Source of the DNA: Candidatus Nanopelagicales bacterium
GTDB lineage: Bacteria > Actinomycetota > Actinomycetes > S36-B12
Length of the DNA: 64,000 bases
NCBI GenBank assembly: GCA_030830865.1
Contig: JAURME010000001.1
Coordinates: forward strand, 14,750-78,749
Reading direction: 5' to 3'
In this document: positions 1 through 8,985 of the stretch, in pieces
Layout of the letters: each line of letters begins with the position of its first letter
Position numbering within the stretch: position 1 is the stretch's first letter
The notes under the pieces: generated by a model
What the model was told of the DNA's origin: nothing
The model's input: only the letters and a program-made list of their open reading frames with translations
Databases searched by the model: none
Program-made: the position numbers and the translations under genes

Positions 1-1309
1 TCTCCTCGCGCGTGAGGTCGACCCACGGGCGATCGATCACACCGAGACGGTCGAACAGCTGGCCCACCGCGTGCTGATACTTGCCCGAGTGCTCGCGCAC
101 GTCGAGGGTGGCCAGGGGGAGGCCGATGGCGGCGACAAGCCGGATCGTCCGGTCCAGGATGCCGGTGGCGGCGAGCTGCCCTCCGCCCGCATCGAGGAGT
201 TCGTCGCGCACGAGCAGGAGGTCGTCGAGCAACCCGGCGGTGGTCTCGTAGTCTCGGCCCGGCTCGTGACGCCGTGAAGTCCGCATGTGGTCGAGCGTCA
301 GTTCGAGGCGCTTGCGGATGATGGTCAGCTTGAGGCGGACGGGTTCCTCGGCATTGATGCGCAGGTAGCGCGGGTCGAAGTCGGGCAGGGCCTCCAGGTC
401 CCGCGCGATGGAGTCGCGCAGCGCTTCGCTGGTCTGCGTGATGCGTTCGGAGATGGACAGGTCCTCGATCAGGTGTGAAAGGGCGGGCAGGAGGTCGGCG
501 ATGCCGTGCTCGCGCTGGAAGCGCAGCACGTCGAGGGTGGTCTCCGGGGTGACGAACGGGTTGCCGTCCCGGTCGCCCCCGATCCACGAGCCGAACGTCA
601 CGGGACGTGATGACGGCGGGAGTTCGACACCCATGGTGCGGAAGGCCGACGCGAGGTCGTCGAGAACAGCCTCCAGGGGACCACGGGTCAGGTCGTCGAC
701 GTAGTAGAGGGCGTTGCGCGCCTCGTCGATCACGTGCGGCTGCTGGATGCGGATCTCGTCCGTCTGCCACAGCAGGTCCACGATCTCGGCAACACGACGC
801 AGCCGGACGTCGTCGTCCAAGGATTCGTCGAGAAGAACGTCGGCCATGCGGCGCAGCTTGGTGAGGACGGAACGACGAGCTGCCTCGGTCGGGTGGGCGG
901 TGAACACCGGACGCACGGACAGCTCGGAGGACAGCGCGACGACGGCCTCGTGCGTGACGTCGGACGACGAGACGGCCTCGGCCACCCGGCGCAGCGGACC
1001 ACCACTTTCGCGCCGGGCCCGCACGATGTCGCGCGACCGTTCGACCTGCTCAGCGACGTTCGCGAGGTCGAAGTAGACGGAGAAGGCACGAGCGAGACGG
1101 GTCGCCGTGGCGACGTCAACGGACGTGAGGCGCTCGGCGGCGGCGTTCTGATCCTCGCGGACGAGGCGTCGTACCTCCTCGACGAGGTCGAGCATGTCGG
1201 GACCCTCGTGGCGGACAAGGGCGTCACCGAGGAGGACGCCGAGGTCGCGGATGGTGCCACGCAGTCGGCTGTCGTCAGGGGCGCTCGAGGTGTCGGGCGT
1301 CAGGGTCAT
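1..1309 (-). CDS. ppc: phosphoenolpyruvate carboxylase, N-terminal part (gene continues past window start)
   Basis: Absent from the ORF track because it runs off the window. Hand translation of the minus strand from ATG at 1309..1307 gives MTLTPDTSSAPDDSRLRGTIRDLGVLLGDALVRHEG... and, in frame, PVFTAHPTEAARRSVLTKLRRM (the PEPC TAHPTE signature). The + ORF 734..1372 is its antisense shadow. Confidence 0.85.
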   Translation of the reverse strand, partial: MTLTPDTSSAPDDSRLRGTIRDLGVLLGDALVRHEGPDMLDLVEEVRRLVREDQNAAAERLTSVDVATATRLARAFSVYFDLANVAEQVERSRDIVRARRESGGPLRRVAEAVSSSDVTHEAVVALSSELSVRPVFTAHPTEAARRSVLTKLRRMADVLLDESLDDDVRLRRVAEIVDLLWQTDEIRIQQPHVIDEARNALYYVDDLTRGPLEAVLDDLASAFRTMGVELPPSSRPVTFGSWIGGDRDGNPFVTPETTLDVLRFQREHGIADLLPALSHLIEDLSISERITQTSEALRDSIARDLEALPDFDPRYLRINAEEPVRLKLTIIRKRLELTLDHMRTSRRHEPGRDYETTAGLLDDLLLVRDELLDAGGGQLAATGILDRTIRLVAAIGLPLATLDVREHSGKYQHAVGQLFDRLGVIDRPWVDLTREE

Positions 1310-1358
1310 GGCCCTATCCAAGCGTGGATCCCTCTGACCACCAAAGTGACGCTGTGCT

Positions 1359-1958
1359 TCAGGTGGCCGTGACCTGAATGGTCTCGACAAGGGACGACAC
1401 TGCGACCCTCAACGGTTTGAGCAGCACGTCCGGAGCGCGGCGCCGGGTCAGGACCTCGAGCATTGACTCGTAGTACCAGGCGATGTCGTCAGGTGGGGCG
1501 TTGAAGCGATCCATCGCTGAGACTCCATGCAGAGCAAGGTCAGTGCTGAGTGTGCGGGCGTTGTGGAGCTTGTCGGCCGCGCTCACGAGGATGACGTCGT
1601 CGTCCGCATCGACGAGTTCCGCGAGGTGCTGCTCCTTGCGCTCTTGCCAGGGGGCCTTCGCTGACGGATCGACGACGAGGGAGTCGCTGCACGCCCGGAC
1701 GATGTGCTCGACCCGCGGGCCGAACATGTCGGCGATCTCGGTCAGGCGCACCTCGCCCCCGCAGTCCTCGGCGACATCGTGCAGCAGGGCAGCGATGGCA
1801 ACGTCCTCGTCACCCCCGGCCTCGAGCACCAGGACTGAGACCGCCAGCGGGTGGCAGATGTAGGGGATCGACGTGCCCTTGCGCACCTGGTCGGCATGCA
1901 TCCTCGAGGCGTATTCCACTGCGGTGGAATACCGCGGGCCGAGGACGACGGGCGCCAT
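1359..1958 (-). CDS. HD-domain metal-dependent phosphohydrolase
   Basis: ORF 1359..2063 trimmed to the internal Met (MAPVVLGPRY...) because the extension overlaps the next gene. HD signature ICHPLAV...AALLHDVAEDC. Confidence 0.7.
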   Translation of the reverse strand: MAPVVLGPRYSTAVEYASRMHADQVRKGTSIPYICHPLAVSVLVLEAGGDEDVAIAALLHDVAEDCGGEVRLTEIADMFGPRVEHIVRACSDSLVVDPSAKAPWQERKEQHLAELVDADDDVILVSAADKLHNARTLSTDLALHGVSAMDRFNAPPDDIAWYYESMLEVLTRRRAPDVLLKPLRVAVSSLVETIQVTAT

Positions 1959-1996
1959 TGCCCGATCGTGGCACAAGACCGAGGGGCTGATGCGTC

Positions 1997-2986
1997 CTAT
2001 CCGTTGGCAGACTCCACGAGGCGCCGAGCCGTGGCGGTGTCGGTGACGAGGGTATTCACCCACCCACCTAGGAGTGCACCACGGATCGCGGCCTGCTTGG
2101 CAGGGCCGCCGGCCACGGCGATGGTGCGCCTACATTTGTGCAGCTGCTCGAGCGTGACCCCGATGACGAGCTCGTCCAAATCTGTCGAGACTGCGTTCCC
2201 GTCGGCATCCATGAATCGCAGGTTCACCTGTCCGACGGCACCCTTCCTCTTTGCCATGGCGAACTGCTCAAGGGTGAAGAAGTTGTCGCCGGCTCTCAAG
2301 GGTGGGTCGACTTCACAGGTGCCGATGCCGATCAAGGCCTCGTCCACGTTGTCGAGGAGGGAGAGGGACTCCTGGGCATGTGGATCGTTGCTGACCAGAG
2401 CCCGACGCGCCTGTGCGGACTTCATAACGCCGGGCACGCGCAGGAAGCGCGGTTGGGCGCCGAGGAGCCGGGCCAGCTGCCGGGTGACCTCCGCTGCATC
2501 GTGCTGGGCATCAGGGGGTCCGACGTCGCCAAGCATCTGGACGACATACGCCGACGACCCGTCCGCGGGGGCCTCCAGGTCGGGAACGGTCTCGCGCAGA
2601 GTACGGCTCCACGAGGTGAAGCCGATGATGTCGCCGGAGAGTGGCTTCTCGTTGAGGTAGCCGGCGAGGAATTGGCCGAGATCGGAGATGAGTCCCGCGT
2701 CATCGCCCTCAGGGACGTCGAGCACCTGGGCGTCGCGGATGCCGTAGGACTCGATGAGTGCGTGCTCGAGCTCCAACTGCAGCCCGGCTGGTGCGCGCAC
2801 CGTGGTCCGCACGACTCCGAGCCTCGATGCCGACTCCAGTAGCCGCGAGACACGTGACTGCGACAGGCCGAGCAGGTCGGCGACCTGGCTCTGCTTGAGG
2901 CCGCGCATGTGGTAGAGCCACGCGACCCGGGTGATCAGGCGCAGCTGCTCCTGCTCGACCGGGTCCGCTCCCTGGAGGGTCGTCAT
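1997..2986 (-). CDS. SorC/DeoR-type sugar-binding transcriptional regulator
   Basis: ORF 1997..3214 trimmed to Met77 (MTTLQGADP...) because the upstream part overlaps tRNA-Ser. HTH LKQSQVADLLGLSQSRVSRLL plus a C-terminal SorC-like sugar-binding domain. Confidence 0.75.
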   Translation of the reverse strand: MTTLQGADPVEQEQLRLITRVAWLYHMRGLKQSQVADLLGLSQSRVSRLLESASRLGVVRTTVRAPAGLQLELEHALIESYGIRDAQVLDVPEGDDAGLISDLGQFLAGYLNEKPLSGDIIGFTSWSRTLRETVPDLEAPADGSSAYVVQMLGDVGPPDAQHDAAEVTRQLARLLGAQPRFLRVPGVMKSAQARRALVSNDPHAQESLSLLDNVDEALIGIGTCEVDPPLRAGDNFFTLEQFAMAKRKGAVGQVNLRFMDADGNAVSTDLDELVIGVTLEQLHKCRRTIAVAGGPAKQAAIRGALLGGWVNTLVTDTATARRLVESANG

Positions 2987-3186
2987 GCGTGTCCTTCCGA
3001 GTGAAGATGCAATGCCAGAAAGATTATGCCGAACGTCTTGACGCGGCGGAGGGAGCACCCTTACGGGATGCCCCTTCAACGATGGCGGTGGCGGTGGGAG
3101 CCGTCCTCGCCTTCGGCTCGTCCTCCCACATCCCCTGACCTTCGAAATTGTTGAGGGAGCACCCCTATGGAGCACTCCCTCAACAA

Positions 3187-3276
3187 TGGCGGTGGCGGTG
3201 GGATTTGAACCCACGGTGAGGTTGCCCCCACACGCGCTTTCGAGGCGCGCTCCTTTGGCCGCTCGGACACGCCACC
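3187..3276 (-). tRNA. tRNA-Ser (anticodon CGA)
   Basis: Hand-folded cloverleaf: acceptor GGTGGCG/CGCCACC, anticodon stem CGCGC/GCGCG with loop CTCGAAA, long variable arm, T-loop GGTTCAAATCC, encoded CCA. Confidence 0.9.
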
Positions 3277-3437
3277 GCGGGACAGGCTACAAGAACCTAG
3301 GAGTGCCTTGGCCGTCACCCTCAGCACGTCGAAAGGGGTCGTGATGAGCAGACATGGCTATCCCGCCGGCGGCTGTCCCGGTGATCGTCATGGGGCGGAT
3401 GCCGCAGCGTCGACATCCTCCATATAGCCTCCTCCAC

Positions 3438-3522
3438 GGAGGATTCGCCTAGTGGCCTAGGGCGCACGCTTGGAAAGCGTGTTGGGAGCAATCCCTCAGG
3501 GGTTCAAATCCCCTATCCTCCG
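3438..3522 (+). tRNA. tRNA-Ser (anticodon GGA)
   Basis: Acceptor GGAGGAT/ATCCTCC, anticodon stem CACGC/GCGTG with loop TTGGAAA, long variable arm, T-loop GGTTCAAATCC. Confidence 0.9.
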
Positions 3523-3542
3523 CGCTCCGCCTCAAGCGGTGA

Positions 3543-3573
3543 GATGGGATCGGCCCTCGCCGATCCCATCTTT
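3543..3573 (+). terminator. stem-loop with T-run downstream of tRNA-Ser(GGA)
   Basis: Perfect 12-bp stem GATGGGATCGGC / GCCGATCCCATC, 4-nt loop, followed by TTT. Confidence 0.7.
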
Positions 3574-3839
3574 GCTTGGCCCGGACCGCGAAGGCGTGTT
3601 TGCCAGGCATCCCAGTAGGCGCAGCAGCCGACCGGCAAGGGGATGTTCCTGGCACCGCTGGGTGAGGCCAGTTCACCAACTCCTTGGTCGCATGTGCCAC
3701 GAGTCCGGTGACTGCACTGCAGTCCTGTCCTGCAGGTCCCAGCGTGCGGGTCTGTTCGTCCGTCGACTTCGTTCCCGCACAGCTGACTTGGACTTATCGT
3801 ATTCCTCAGCTTGCCTGAGAGGGGACGTTCGAGACAGCC

Positions 3840-4526
3840 ATGGCCTCTTCGAAATCCTCACGAGTCCTTACTGCTGTGGGTGCGGTCGCCGCGCTGGGGT
3901 ACACCGTCCTGGTGCCGTCGCTCGTGTTCTTCGCGTCCATCGGGTCGTGGGAGTGCCTCGGCTCTCGATGTGATGCCGGGAATGTGGCCCTGATTGTCGG
4001 AATGGTGGCTGGATACGCGGCCGGGCTGTCAGCGGTGGTGCTCTTGACGGTGCTGTCCCTACGGCCTCGCCGTGGGACATTCATTGCATCCTTGACAGCG
4101 CTGCTGCTTGCCGCACTGGCGTTCGTGGTGCAGATCTGGGGAGCATCGACTGTGTCATCAGGTGGGCGCGCCGGGGCGGAGGCGATGCAGTCCGCCGTTG
4201 TCGTCGATCAGATCCTGCAGCAGGCATTTGCCGACACCACCGGTATGTCGGTGTGGAGCACACCCGGCGTCACTGGTCCGGACGTGCGCGTCGTGTTGTG
4301 TCCTGACGACCCCGAACGGTTCCAGGCAATGTCAAGCCTGACCTTCGACGTCGTGACAGGTCTTCCCAAGGAGGTTCGTGAGGCCATAGTCCACGAAGTG
4401 GAGGTCTCGACCACGGCCCTCCAGTTGTTGCCCGATGTTGATCTGAGGGCAATCTGGACTCGCGACCACAGTAGGTGGGTGTTGACTGTGTCTGCTTCCT
4501 GTACGGCCATCACAGAAGGGACGTGA
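3840..4526 (+). CDS. hypothetical membrane protein (about 4 N-terminal TM helices plus a soluble C-terminal domain)
   Basis: 228-aa ORF with hydrophobic stretches (LTAVGAVAALGYTVLV, VALIVGMVAGYAAGLSAVVLLTVL, FIASLTALLLAALAFVV). No recognisable family motif. Confidence 0.55.
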   Translation: MASSKSSRVLTAVGAVAALGYTVLVPSLVFFASIGSWECLGSRCDAGNVALIVGMVAGYAAGLSAVVLLTVLSLRPRRGTFIASLTALLLAALAFVVQIWGASTVSSGGRAGAEAMQSAVVVDQILQQAFADTTGMSVWSTPGVTGPDVRVVLCPDDPERFQAMSSLTFDVVTGLPKEVREAIVHEVEVSTTALQLLPDVDLRAIWTRDHSRWVLTVSASCTAITEGT

Positions 4527-4528
4527 GA

Positions 4529-5119
4529 ATGCGATCAAGGACCCTGGCCACCGCCGTGTTGTCCCTGGGGTTGCTCGCGGGCGTTGGTATTGCTCCCGAG
4601 GCTGCGGCCGCCAAAGTGTGCGTTCCCCTCCTCACCGGTACCCAGTGCGTGGAATTCCTCGAGGGTCGGCCAAGTGAGCCGGGATTGTCCAAGGGCATGG
4701 CGATATCGGTGAGCCCGCGCGAACTGACGTCAGCGGGAACTCTCACAGTCAAGATCACGGGCTTCCGGCCGCGTGAGGGGTTGCGTAGGTTCAACTTCAA
4801 CATTTTCGGGCAGAACCGCATGGTGGAGTACAGCTCCGACTTTCGACGGGCTGACTCCAAAGGCGCCTTCAGTTGGAAGGTCGCACCCTCCACGGCGATC
4901 TACGAAAGCACATGGGGGGAACCGGCACTGTGTGTGCTGGGTCAGCGCTCGCGGAAGCTCGCCTGTGCATCGTTCTCGGTCGCCCCGGAGGCAACAGACA
5001 CCTCGGTCCCTGAGAGCTCGCCTGACGTGGGTGCGCCAGAGTCAACTCCCACGACTTCTCCGCCGACGGCTGGGGGGAACTGCAGGGACTACGGCTTCAC
5101 AGTCATGTGCACGGAGTAG
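4529..5119 (+). CDS. hypothetical secreted protein
   Basis: ORF 4475..5119 trimmed to ATG 4529, which is preceded by GAAGGGA. Signal peptide MRSRTLATAVLSLGLLAGVGIAPEAAAA, Pro/Thr/Ser-rich C-terminal linker, paired Cys residues. Confidence 0.6.
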   Translation: MRSRTLATAVLSLGLLAGVGIAPEAAAAKVCVPLLTGTQCVEFLEGRPSEPGLSKGMAISVSPRELTSAGTLTVKITGFRPREGLRRFNFNIFGQNRMVEYSSDFRRADSKGAFSWKVAPSTAIYESTWGEPALCVLGQRSRKLACASFSVAPEATDTSVPESSPDVGAPESTPTTSPPTAGGNCRDYGFTVMCTE

Positions 5120-5150
5120 TGAGCGCAAAGCCTGTCGAGAAGCCCTCGCG

Positions 5151-6890
5151 CTAGTCGCGTCTCGGAGCAGGGAGAACCACGTCGAGAATGGTGATGAGCA
5201 CGTAGGCGGATCCTATGGTTGCGACCGCGAAAGCGGTGGTGCTGGACAGTTGCGCAGCGAGGTAGACCTGCTTCCCGATGGCCGCCCATGCGACGATCGC
5301 GATCCCGAAGAGAAAGGTTCCCAGGAAGAGCAAGAGCTTGCCGTCTCGCGGCGAGCGGGCCGTGTCCTCGTGGGTCGCGCCTCCGTCGGTCAGGAAGCCC
5401 CAGACGAGACCAACGATGAGGAGTGCCATGGCTGAAGCGCCGATGAGAAAGCCGACGGGCACCGCGAAGTAGTCCGCTTGCCGTAGCAGGGCGGAGAGCA
5501 GGACGATCGTGAACAGAATGGTGAGGCGGTGCGGGCTGAGTGCTCGCCGGGCCCCCCAGACCATGAGGGTCACGATACCGATCAGTAATCCGATATTGCC
5601 CAGCTCGGCGACGGACCAGTCCAGGCCGAGGGCGAGCATCGGGCCGCGAAGGAAGACGATCAGGGTGATCATCAGGGCATCGATGAGGAGCACAGCAGTC
5701 AACCGCACCTGCCCTCGGCGGCGCGTGATGAGTGCAGTCACGCAGAGACCGACCACCACGGCCATCCGCGCAAGAACGATGGCTGTATCGCTTCCCGTTG
5801 CCTCGACGAGAACAACCACAGTGGACTGCATCTCGGCCGAGCGACCCAGAGCGACGGTCGCGCCGATCAGGGCGAGCACATTGCTGATGAGGACCGGGGC
5901 CATGATCGTGTACGCGATGGGTACTGCGACCGCGACCGCAATGGTGGCGGCGTCCGGTTCTGTCGACACGCCTCCCGCCCGATGGGCGAACCGCCAGCAC
6001 AGCACGGCGAGCCCGATCACGAGCAGTGCGCCCATGACCGCACCTAGTGAGCGAGCAAGGCCCAACTCGCCCCAGCGTTGCATGAGTCCGGGGGTGATCG
6101 CCATCACCTGCCACACGATGGCCACGACGAGGATGAGGCTTGCGACCCTTGCGGAGACTCGACGGCTCACGAATTCGGTGGCCTGGGTCGCGATGGACAC
6201 TCCGAGCTGTGTTGCACTCAGACCTGAGGTGAAGGCGATCGGCAAGGCGAGGGAGGTGAGGGTCACGAGCAGAGTCGAGGTCGTGATGAGGTCGAACCGC
6301 GTCTCTATTACCTCCGTTCCGGCGATGAATCCCCTGTAGGCAGAAACGGCAACGATGAGCGCCAGTACGAGGAGAACGAGAAAGTCGATTGCCGCATTCG
6401 TGCGCTGGGTCCAGATGGCGAAGGAGTAGCCGGCGATGGTGGCGAGCGCGACCCATGGGATCCACGCACCCGACCCCTCGCTGTTCACCGTCATCGATGA
6501 CGCGATCAGGTTCGCGAGGATGGCCGTGACGGCGACGAGGATGGCGATTCGAAGCGACAAGCGCAGCCGCTGAGATCCGGCCAGGACGAGGGCACTTGAC
6601 AGGGCAAGCAGCAACAGCATTGCGGGGACGAGAAAGGCTGGAACGACGCTGTTCCCGGCCGAGTCGACAACTGCAATGAAGTCACTCATCTCGCGTAGCG
6701 GGTTCGCAGCCATGATGGTGACGATCAGGATCCCGACGATGGCCGTCACGACCCAGGTGATCCCGACGATCGACGCGGGATGTGTGCGAAGCGCGAGAGT
6801 GCCGCTGCGCACCGGTGTGACGAGCACGTTCATGACCATCGCGCCGACGAAGTCCCACATCGAACGCGCGAAGCCGCTTGCGTTACTCAC
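5151..6890 (-). CDS. large polytopic integral membrane protein, unknown function
   Basis: 579-aa ORF, almost entirely hydrophobic helices (a dozen or more by eye). Overlaps the upstream propeller gene by 8 bp. Confidence 0.7.
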   Translation of the reverse strand: MSNASGFARSMWDFVGAMVMNVLVTPVRSGTLALRTHPASIVGITWVVTAIVGILIVTIMAANPLREMSDFIAVVDSAGNSVVPAFLVPAMLLLLALSSALVLAGSQRLRLSLRIAILVAVTAILANLIASSMTVNSEGSGAWIPWVALATIAGYSFAIWTQRTNAAIDFLVLLVLALIVAVSAYRGFIAGTEVIETRFDLITTSTLLVTLTSLALPIAFTSGLSATQLGVSIATQATEFVSRRVSARVASLILVVAIVWQVMAITPGLMQRWGELGLARSLGAVMGALLVIGLAVLCWRFAHRAGGVSTEPDAATIAVAVAVPIAYTIMAPVLISNVLALIGATVALGRSAEMQSTVVVLVEATGSDTAIVLARMAVVVGLCVTALITRRRGQVRLTAVLLIDALMITLIVFLRGPMLALGLDWSVAELGNIGLLIGIVTLMVWGARRALSPHRLTILFTIVLLSALLRQADYFAVPVGFLIGASAMALLIVGLVWGFLTDGGATHEDTARSPRDGKLLLFLGTFLFGIAIVAWAAIGKQVYLAAQLSSTTAFAVATIGSAYVLITILDVVLPAPRRD

Positions 6891-8646
6891 CTTGCACCAC
6901 TGTGATCACGCCCGACTTGTCGATTGCGAGGATGTGGGCGCCCATCGTGTGCACCCATGTCTGCGCCAGGTTCGCCTCGCTCGAAGAGGTGAGGGTCGCG
7001 AGCCGATGCAGGGTGCCACCTTCGGTGATTCTCCCCACTGTCGGCCCGGCAGCGACGAGGCCACCGTCCGTGAGATGGGGTTGCTCTAGGTCGCGGATGC
7101 GCCAGACCTCCTCGCCGCCGGAGAGGCGGAATCCCACGACACCGTCCTTCGTCGGAAGCATCGCCACTGAGCCGACGACAACCCCACTGTCCGTCACAGA
7201 GGTGTCGACGTTGGCCGTCCAGGAGCGCGTGCCGCGGCGATCGAAGCGATGTAGAGCACCGGTGCCATCCTGAAGGATCACGCCACCGTCACCGGTCGAA
7301 GTCATCGGTGCGAAGACACCTTCGGTTTCTGCCGTCCACGTTGGCGAGCCATCACTGTGGGTGGCCTCTATACGGCCCGAGGTGTCAGCCGCGACGACGA
7401 GTGAACCGGAGACGATCGGCGCTGTCGCGAAAGTGTCGTCGAGCCGAATCGTCCATCGCTGATGTCCGGATCTGATGTCGTAGGCGCGCACGGTGCCGTC
7501 CATGAGTGACACCGCGACGATGCCGTCGAGAATCGCCGGTCGGCCGACGGAAACGTCCGGCAGTCGCTGAAGCCAGTGGATCCGACCTGCGGCGTCGAAA
7601 CCCATAAGTGCTCGACGAGTCGTGGTCACCGCCATTCGCCCATCGGCCTCCCCTATGCCGACTACTTCGCCTCCGGGGTGCTGGATCCACGTCGTGCTCT
7701 GCGTCGGGACACCGTCAACGATGGATGGATGGACGGCAATGAGGTCGCCGATCGGCCCGTTCGTCGAGACGACCAGACCGTCGATGACGACCGGTGCCAG
7801 CGATAGGCCGGTATTCGAGAACGATGAGGGGATCACCGTCCCCTCGGGAAGGGAGGCAGCAGAGGGCGGTGTCACCTCGCCGAGGCGCACCGAGCCGGGT
7901 TCGGCCAGGGCAAAGGTAAGTCCTGACGCCCGACTGGTGGCCCGAATCGAGCCCAGGCCCTCGCACCACGTCGAATCTGTGGTGTCGTTCATGGGGCCAC
8001 CAGCAGAATCCTGCTGATCGAGGATCGTCGTGACAGCGATGCACCGCCGCCCGCTCTGTGTCGGTGCAGCGTCGATCGACCCCCGGTACACGAACGGGGT
8101 CGTCAGGTTCACCTCTCCGGTGTCGGTCCAGTTTGCGCCTGGCACTGGATCGGATGGCAGTTCCTTGCGGGGCGGGGCGTAGAGGAAAGTCTGCCCGTTT
8201 GACGCGAGGCTGAGGACCGTGAAATACCCGTCGGACCGCATCAGGCTGAGTGTCGTCGTCGCAAGGACGGCCCCGTAAGCATCGACCTCGGTCGACAAGG
8301 ACCTCTCGATCTGCACTGTCGGATCCGTGGCATCGGCACCCAGTGCAACGAGGAAGAGGGAAGCTTCGTCGTTGGGCAGAGATGCAAGCGTGCCCAAGAC
8401 GCCAGTGGTCGACACGGTGAGCGTCATCGGTGGGACGCGGTCAGCTGACTCCACGACGAGGATTGGCTCGTCGGTCCGGTTGAGGTAAGCGCGATAGTCG
8501 CTGGGGACGGAAATGGAGGGAGATGAGACGACGAAGCCTGCGACGCCGATCAGGAGGACCGCGAGCGAGACCCCTGCGGCAACGGCAATGCGCGTCCCGC
8601 GTCGTGTTTCGGCCGGGACGGCCGATGATGGCTCAGGCACTGGCAC
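6883..8646 (-). CDS. membrane-anchored PQQ/BamB-like beta-propeller repeat protein
   Basis: N-terminal TM (IAVAAGVSLAVLLIGVAGFVV). C-terminal repeats of the type DGTVRAYDIRSGHQRW, DTSGRIEATHSDGSPTW, GALHRFDRRGTRSW, DGVVGFRLSGGEEVW. Confidence 0.7.
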   Translation of the reverse strand: MPVPEPSSAVPAETRRGTRIAVAAGVSLAVLLIGVAGFVVSSPSISVPSDYRAYLNRTDEPILVVESADRVPPMTLTVSTTGVLGTLASLPNDEASLFLVALGADATDPTVQIERSLSTEVDAYGAVLATTTLSLMRSDGYFTVLSLASNGQTFLYAPPRKELPSDPVPGANWTDTGEVNLTTPFVYRGSIDAAPTQSGRRCIAVTTILDQQDSAGGPMNDTTDSTWCEGLGSIRATSRASGLTFALAEPGSVRLGEVTPPSAASLPEGTVIPSSFSNTGLSLAPVVIDGLVVSTNGPIGDLIAVHPSIVDGVPTQSTTWIQHPGGEVVGIGEADGRMAVTTTRRALMGFDAAGRIHWLQRLPDVSVGRPAILDGIVAVSLMDGTVRAYDIRSGHQRWTIRLDDTFATAPIVSGSLVVAADTSGRIEATHSDGSPTWTAETEGVFAPMTSTGDGGVILQDGTGALHRFDRRGTRSWTANVDTSVTDSGVVVGSVAMLPTKDGVVGFRLSGGEEVWRIRDLEQPHLTDGGLVAAGPTVGRITEGGTLHRLATLTSSSEANLAQTWVHTMGAHILAIDKSGVITVVQGE

Positions 8647-8821
8647 GCAGGGTAGCTCCCACAGGCACTTCGAGGAAGGGCCAAGGGCGTACCTCCTCCA
8701 CGCCGATCCCCAGCGCTGCCAGCACCCTCCTTGACCCGGTCGCTACCGGCACCTGCGCCACCTCTGGCGAGGGCGGCGGCTCACGCCTTTCCCCACGTGT
8801 CCGTGCGTCGCGTACAGTGGT

Positions 8822-8915
8822 GGCCGACCCCTCGTGCGGCGTCATCGCGTGAACCTCCCCAGGGCCGGAAGGCAGCAAGGATAAGCGTGCTCTGGCGGGT
8901 GTGCGGGGGGTCCCT
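8822..8915 (+). ncRNA. ffs: signal recognition particle RNA (small bacterial type)
   Basis: Conserved domain IV core CCCAGGGCCGGAAGGCAGCAAGG with a GGAA tetraloop. Terminal helix GACCCC...GGGGTC. Sits at the classical position just upstream of dnaX. Ends are approximate. Confidence 0.8.
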
Positions 8916-8985
8916 TCATGCTCCGTGACGGCACGAGTCCCGCCGACCGGCGGCCGGTGTGGGTCACGCCCGTTAGGGTGCGAGC

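Noticed and set aside
1997-3214. Long N-terminal extensions of ORFs 1997..3214 and 14494..15435
   Set aside because: The extensions run through tRNA-Ser and tRNA-Pro respectively. Internal Met starts give proteins of normal family length.
5089-6465. 458-aa minus-strand ORF overlapping the polytopic membrane protein gene in another frame
   Set aside because: The translation is Arg/His/Pro-rich with no hydrophobic or domain structure. The 5151..6890 frame gives a coherent multi-TM protein.
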